A stretch of 64,000 nucleotides of DNA, from contig OZ218950.1 of NCBI GenBank assembly GCA_965112735.1, forward strand, positions 2,046,001 through 2,110,000, given 5' to 3'. This DNA is from Phaeosaccion multiseriatum (Eukaryota > Protista > Ochrophyta, other classes). Shown one piece after another: positions 59,401 through 64,000 of this stretch; position 1 is the stretch's first letter; the number at the start of each line of letters is the position of its first letter. The notes under the pieces are model-generated. The model did no database searches. It was not told the origin of the DNA and saw only the letters and a list, made by a program, of their open reading frames with translations. Position numbers and translations under genes: made by a program.

Positions 59401-62192
59401 CTGAAGGAGCGAGAGGAGAGGAGGAAACAGATGGCGGCTGCGGTTGCAGGTGAGTGGAGAGAGAGGAGGGGTGGAGGGGTGGGAGGAGGTGGAGGGGGTG
59501 GGGGGGGGAGGGTGGAGGGAGACAGACACATACACACACACGCCCGCCCGCAGCGCGTGCGTGCGCACGTACACACGCACGCACGCACCCGCACACACAC
59601 ACGCACACTCACTCGCACAACACCGCGCCAGTCAACCACATCAATCAATCACTCAATCAATCAAGGAATCTCTCTCTCCTTCTCTCTCTCTCTCTCGCCC
59701 ACATCCCCTCTGCCACACACTATCAATCAATCAATCAATCAACCAACCAATAAAAACAAAAGGCGTGATTCGTTTGAAGGAGTGGAAAGAGCGATTTCGC
59801 GATCGCAAGCGCCGTCTCGTCGAGTTCAACGCGAGAAACGCCGATCTGTTCGGCGGCGCAGGAGAGGCAGGGACCTGCACACACAAGAGCAGAACCAAAC
59901 TGTTCATCGTGACCCTTGGAGTCATGCGATTCCAAGCCGTCATCAGAGCCGTGAGAGTGAGAGTGGGGATAGAGCGGATCCGGAAATGGCTCTATCACAT
60001 TCAGTACCGTCGGCAGATGCGCAAGGCCCGCTCCATCGCCATTGTTGCCGCCTTCTTGCGCGAGGCGGCCACGGACAACCGGTTGGCCTCAATCTATCGC
60101 TTCCGCAACAGAGTGAAACGCTGTCAGAGGTCCATTCGGCACTTCTTTGACGCCACAGGTGGGTGGGTGCGTGCAGGCGTGTGTGATTGGGTGGGTGGGT
60201 GTTGGCACGTGTGTGCGTGGATGGGTCGGGGAAGTGGATGGGTAGATAGGTGGGCGGGTGCGTGCGTGCGTGCGTGCGTGCGTGCGTGTGTGCGTGCGGA
60301 CGGGCGGGCGGGCAGGCGGGCGGGCGGGCGTCGTGACGGCGATGGAATGATGAACAATGAAGGATGAAAGGATGTGAATGAGAGAGGGGCAGAGGCAGTG
60401 TATCATCAACTGTTGTATGTCGGGTGTCGTGCGTCAGTGGCTGACTCTGTGGACTATGGGTAGGTGGGGTCGATCGAGCGTGGTGAGTGAGAGAGCGACT
60501 GACGCAACCTCATTTCAGTCGAGGGCGACCCCAACAGATGGCAGTGGACGCAAAGCACCCTCTCGTGAGTGGGAGGTCTCCCCCTCCCTCTTTCCCTTCC
60601 TCCCTCCCTTCCTGCTTCCTCCTCCATGTATACAATACCCGTCTCACCCCCTCCTCCTCCTCCTCCTCCTCCTCCTCCTCCTCCTCCTCCTCCTCCTCCT
60701 CCTCCTCCTCCTCCTCCTCAGAGAGCCGCATCTCCCTGCTGGGGATGCAGTGGGATGCTGTGGAGGTGGAAATGAAACGTGCTCTCATGACCGACATAAT
60801 CACAGATGCACGACGCCATGCCCAACGCGACCACAAGGTCAGCAGCTTGACTTGGAGGTTCAGTTGGGGAGTTGGAGTCAATGTGCTGAAGTGATAATGT
60901 GTGCCTGTCTCGTCTACATGTAACTGTATGATAAGGAAGACCCGATGACCCGACCACCCTCCTGGGTCTTCTCTTGTCCATAGTGGTGGAAACTGAGCTG
61001 AGCTAAGCTGAAAGCGCAAAACCTAGCTTCCTCAATGTCGAGCCCCTCGATATACTGAACCAACCCCCTTCCTTGCCCCGCCTATGCACCTTCAGGTGCT
61101 TAAGGAGTACGAGACCGGAGCAGGATGTGGAGGAGTAGGAGGAGGAGAGGGGGGGGGAGGAGGAGGAGGAGGAGCAGGAGGATCACGTCCGCGGTCACCG
61201 GCGGGGGCGGGTGGGGGTGTGTCGAATAGCCATAGCAGGCCTGGGAGTAGGAGAAGCGCCAATCGGGAATCCGCGAGCCACCGTGTGACCATGCGCGGTG
61301 TGGAAGGAGGAGGAGGAGGAGGAGGAGGAGGAGGAGGAGGAGGAGGAGGAGGAGGAGGAGGAGGAGGAGGAGGAGGAGGAGGAGGAGGAGGAGGAGGAGA
61401 AGGAGGAGGAGGAGGAGGAGGAGGAGGAGGAGGAGGAGGAGGAGGAGGAGGAGGGGGGGGGGGGAGGAGGAGGAGGAGGAGGCGGAGGAGGAGGAGGAGG
61501 AGGAGGAGGGGGAGGAGGGGAGGAAGCACCAAGGTGAGTCGAACACAGGGGGGCGGATTCAAGTTGCGGTGGCTGTGGTGAGCTTGTGCCTGTGTCATAT
61601 GCGCTCTTGTGTGCCGTTGTCTCTTGTGCAGAGAGTCTTGCTCACCCTCGTTTTTTGCTCCCTTTCTCCTCCCTCTTCTCTTGCACCGGACCCCCGGACC
61701 CTCCTCCTGCCCTATCTTACTTCTCTCCGCCTCCCCCCGCCCTCTCTCGTGCTGTATTCTACTCGGCTCCCCGCTCCCTCCTCTCCGTGCTACTGCTGTA
61801 TGTGTGTACTCCCTCGATACCCCCCTCCCCATCCACGGCCATCCCACCGTGTGCTGCTGATTGTCTGATTGTTCTCATTGACTTCAAAAAAAAACGCACA
61901 GTCACTTTGGGGCCCAAGCGGGGGAGTTGCGAAGGATGCGCGTCAAGGGGGCGATGGAAGCCGTCAAGGCACGGCACACAGATGCCGCTGTGAAGTACCA
62001 ACTGCTGCGCGGCCTGCTGCACAGGCTCAGAGAGGACTACAGACTCAGCGGGCACTTCGAAATGCTCATGTGGTACAAAAGGTACGAGGTGCACGGCTGT
62101 CCGCGGTCTTCTTCTCTTCACTCGCTCGCATCACTCCTGTTTGTGTGTGTGTGTGCATGTGTGTGTGTGCATGTGCGTGTGCGTGTGTGTGC

Positions 62193-62223
<31 letters not shown>

Positions 62224-62350
62224 TGATCGGCAGCAGCGGCAGCAGTGGTGATACAGCAGCGCCGCCTCCGGACTAGAAGGTCGCGTGATCGCGTAACGTG
62301 TGGACTTCCTTGCTGCTTGCTCGCTCGCTTCGCTCACACAACACACCTCT

Positions 62351-62400
<50 letters not shown>

Positions 62401-63167
62401 CGCCAGAGAACCCACCGGCAAAGAGGGCAGCGGGGGAGGGGCTCACGGGGGCGAGGGACGAGGAGGAGGAGGAGGAGGAGGAGGAGGAGGAGGAGGAGGA
62501 GGAGGAGGAGGAGGAGGAGGAGGAGGAGGAGGAGGAGGAGGAGGGGGGGGGGGGGGGAGGGGGAGGAGGAGGAGGAGGAGGAGGAGGAGGAGGAGGAGGA
62601 GGAGGAGGAGGAGGAGGAGGAGAAGGAGGAGGAGGAGGAGGAGGAGGAGGAGGAGGAGGAGGAGGAGAAGGAGAAGGAGGCGTAGGCATCAAACGCGCCG
62701 GGCGGCGGAGTTTCGAGGCGTCCAAGTTGGCTGTGGCGGTGCAGTACTCACACATGGATGCGGTCAAGTTCCTGCAGGAGGGGGCGAGCGTTATGGAGCA
62801 CGTGCGGCGGGGAAACGAGGAGAACCGCCTGGAGGAGGAGCAGCTGGCGTTACAGAAGAAGGAGGAGGGCGGTCGGGATGACGACAAAGGAGGAGGAGGA
62901 GGAGGAGGAGGAGGAGGAGGAGGAGGAGGAGACGATAGAGGGAAGCAGCAGAAGCAGCGGCAAAGCCAGAGATGTAACAAGCACAACCGAATGACGGCGT
63001 TCCTCATGCTACAGCAGCTCAAGACGGAGCCTGGTCGGATGGAAGCCCTGATTCGCAAGGGTTGGGCGCTAACGGAGAGGACCAAGGCGGCGGCTGAAGC
63101 GGCGGCGGCGGCGGTTTTGGCACCCGTGCCTCTCATGGATGCAACCGGGCCGCCGGGGGAGGGATAG
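56458..63167 (+). CDS. Large uncharacterised basic/helical protein with IQ-like segments and poly-Gly tracts, about 10 exons; 3' model uncertain
   Basis: In-frame exons 56458-56655, 56901-57641, 58072-58530, 58870-58934, 59268-59449, 59763-60158, 60722-60837, 61096-61533, then probably 61891-62081 and 62407-63167. IQ-like [14 protein letters not shown] and [11 protein letters not shown]. Two G homopolymers disturb the frame. Confidence 0.55.
58536..58795. repeat. (CTCTCC)n hexamer array filling an intron
   Basis: About 40 near-perfect units starting right after donor GTAACT. Confidence 0.93.
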
Positions 63168-63368
63168 TGTGTGCAGTGTGAGCGGCGCAGGAAGGAGAAG
63201 ATAGGAATTTGTAGTTGAAGTTGAAAGTCGATAGGGTCGATACACGATTTCGATGTTCGACGTTTCACTTGCCTTCAACTTGACTTGCCGACCGTTGCCG
63301 TCCTAGTGTCCCACACAACCCGAACACAAAAACTCTTCCACCATATAAAAGGCGATTAAGACAAAGAC

Positions 63369-64000
63369 ATGGCTAACCTTATGAAGGCTGGAGCACTGGT
63401 GTGCTTACTGCTCGCCGAGACCGCGGTGGGCTTCCTCACCCCGCCGTCGATGGTGGCATCTCTACCGGGCGGAGGCAAGAAACTACATAATAGAGTCAGT
63501 CCGCCCCGCAGCAGGAACAGCGGGGACAGCTGGGCTGCCGGGGTTCAAGAGGCGGTGTCCAAGGCTGTGGTGGACTCTCCCGCGTACGGGATGTTGAAGG
63601 AAAAGGCGCGAGACATGATGATCAAGACGGCGGAGAAGAACGGTATCAACTGGAAGGGCATCGTTAAACAGTTGGAGACGGCGAGGCCCTGGGAGACGTT
63701 GAAGGAGGCTATTGTGCAAAGCAACCCGGGCCTGGTGGTGCCAGAGTACTTCAGGGCCCCCTTCCATGCCTGTAAGTCGCCCACCGTTCTCTCCTTTTCT
63801 CTTGTCCGCTACTTTGCTCCCTTTATTACATAGCCTCCCTTCTCCGTTCTGACCTGCCTTTGTCGCTCCTCCGCTCCGCTGCCCACCCGCCCCCCCTTGT
63901 GAGCAGACGATGATGGTAACCTGTGCTGGTCCGCTGCCTTTGAGCAGGAGGTCGCGTCCGCCTCCGTCGCCCTCCGCACCTTTCCCAAGGACGGCGCTAG
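63369..64000 (+). CDS. Plastid-targeted class I SAM methyltransferase (cyanobacterial-type, UbiE-like), 5' part
   Basis: Leader MANLMKAGALVCLLLAETAVG-FLTPP; exons 63369-63771 and 63907-64000+. ARDMMIKTAEKNGINW and PEYFRAPFHA|YDDGNLCWSAAFEQEVAS match the N-terminus of this plant/cyanobacterial family; the SAM-binding motif lies beyond the window. Confidence 0.8.

Noticed and set aside
1538-63284. CTTGAC/GTCAAG hexamer recurring in intergenic regions (1538, 2522, 12737, 18753, 26493, 40441, 55384, 63279)
   Set aside because: Orientation and position are inconsistent and the count is not clearly above chance.
63344-63350. TATAAAA upstream of the methyltransferase
   Set aside because: Only 18 nt before the first ATG; plausible only if ATG 63381 is the start, which cannot be shown from the sequence.
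1-64000. Introner-like mobile introns, transposons, tRNA or rRNA genes
   Set aside because: Introns share only simple repeats, not extended homology or terminal repeats; no transposase or reverse transcriptase motifs and no tRNA/rRNA signatures were seen.

Overview
Gene-dense, intron-rich nuclear DNA from a photosynthetic eukaryote with a red-alga-derived secondary plastid, most likely an ochrophyte (stramenopile) alga. Five proteins carry a signal peptide followed by Phe and a transit peptide (ASAFAP-type). By splicing exons by hand I model 18 protein-coding genes: a partial Polycomb PCGF/BMI1 RING protein (missing from the ORF track), RPC9, a bHLH factor, Tic110, a PDZ/coiled-coil protein, a plastid 2Fe-2S ferredoxin, a double CW-finger protein, a ligand-less Rieske-like protein, a PAP-fibrillin, a SAP-like/carboxylesterase fusion, a TPR protein, a UBX protein, RPS29, RIF1, an uncharacterised HD-like protein, GCP2 with an unusual N-terminal extension, a large uncharacterised basic protein and a partial plastid methyltransferase. 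No tRNA, rRNA, CRISPR array or recognisable transposon was seen. The most system-like signals are (i) introns filled with simple repeats, often G/purine-rich at the 5' end and complementary C/pyrimidine-rich at the 3' end, with many acceptors lacking a polypyrimidine tract and at least nine AAG acceptors, suggesting structure-assisted splicing, and (ii) near-perfect strand alternation (15 of 17 junctions) giving eight head-to-head gene pairs. Gene models are manual; protein family calls rest on remembered motifs, not database searches.
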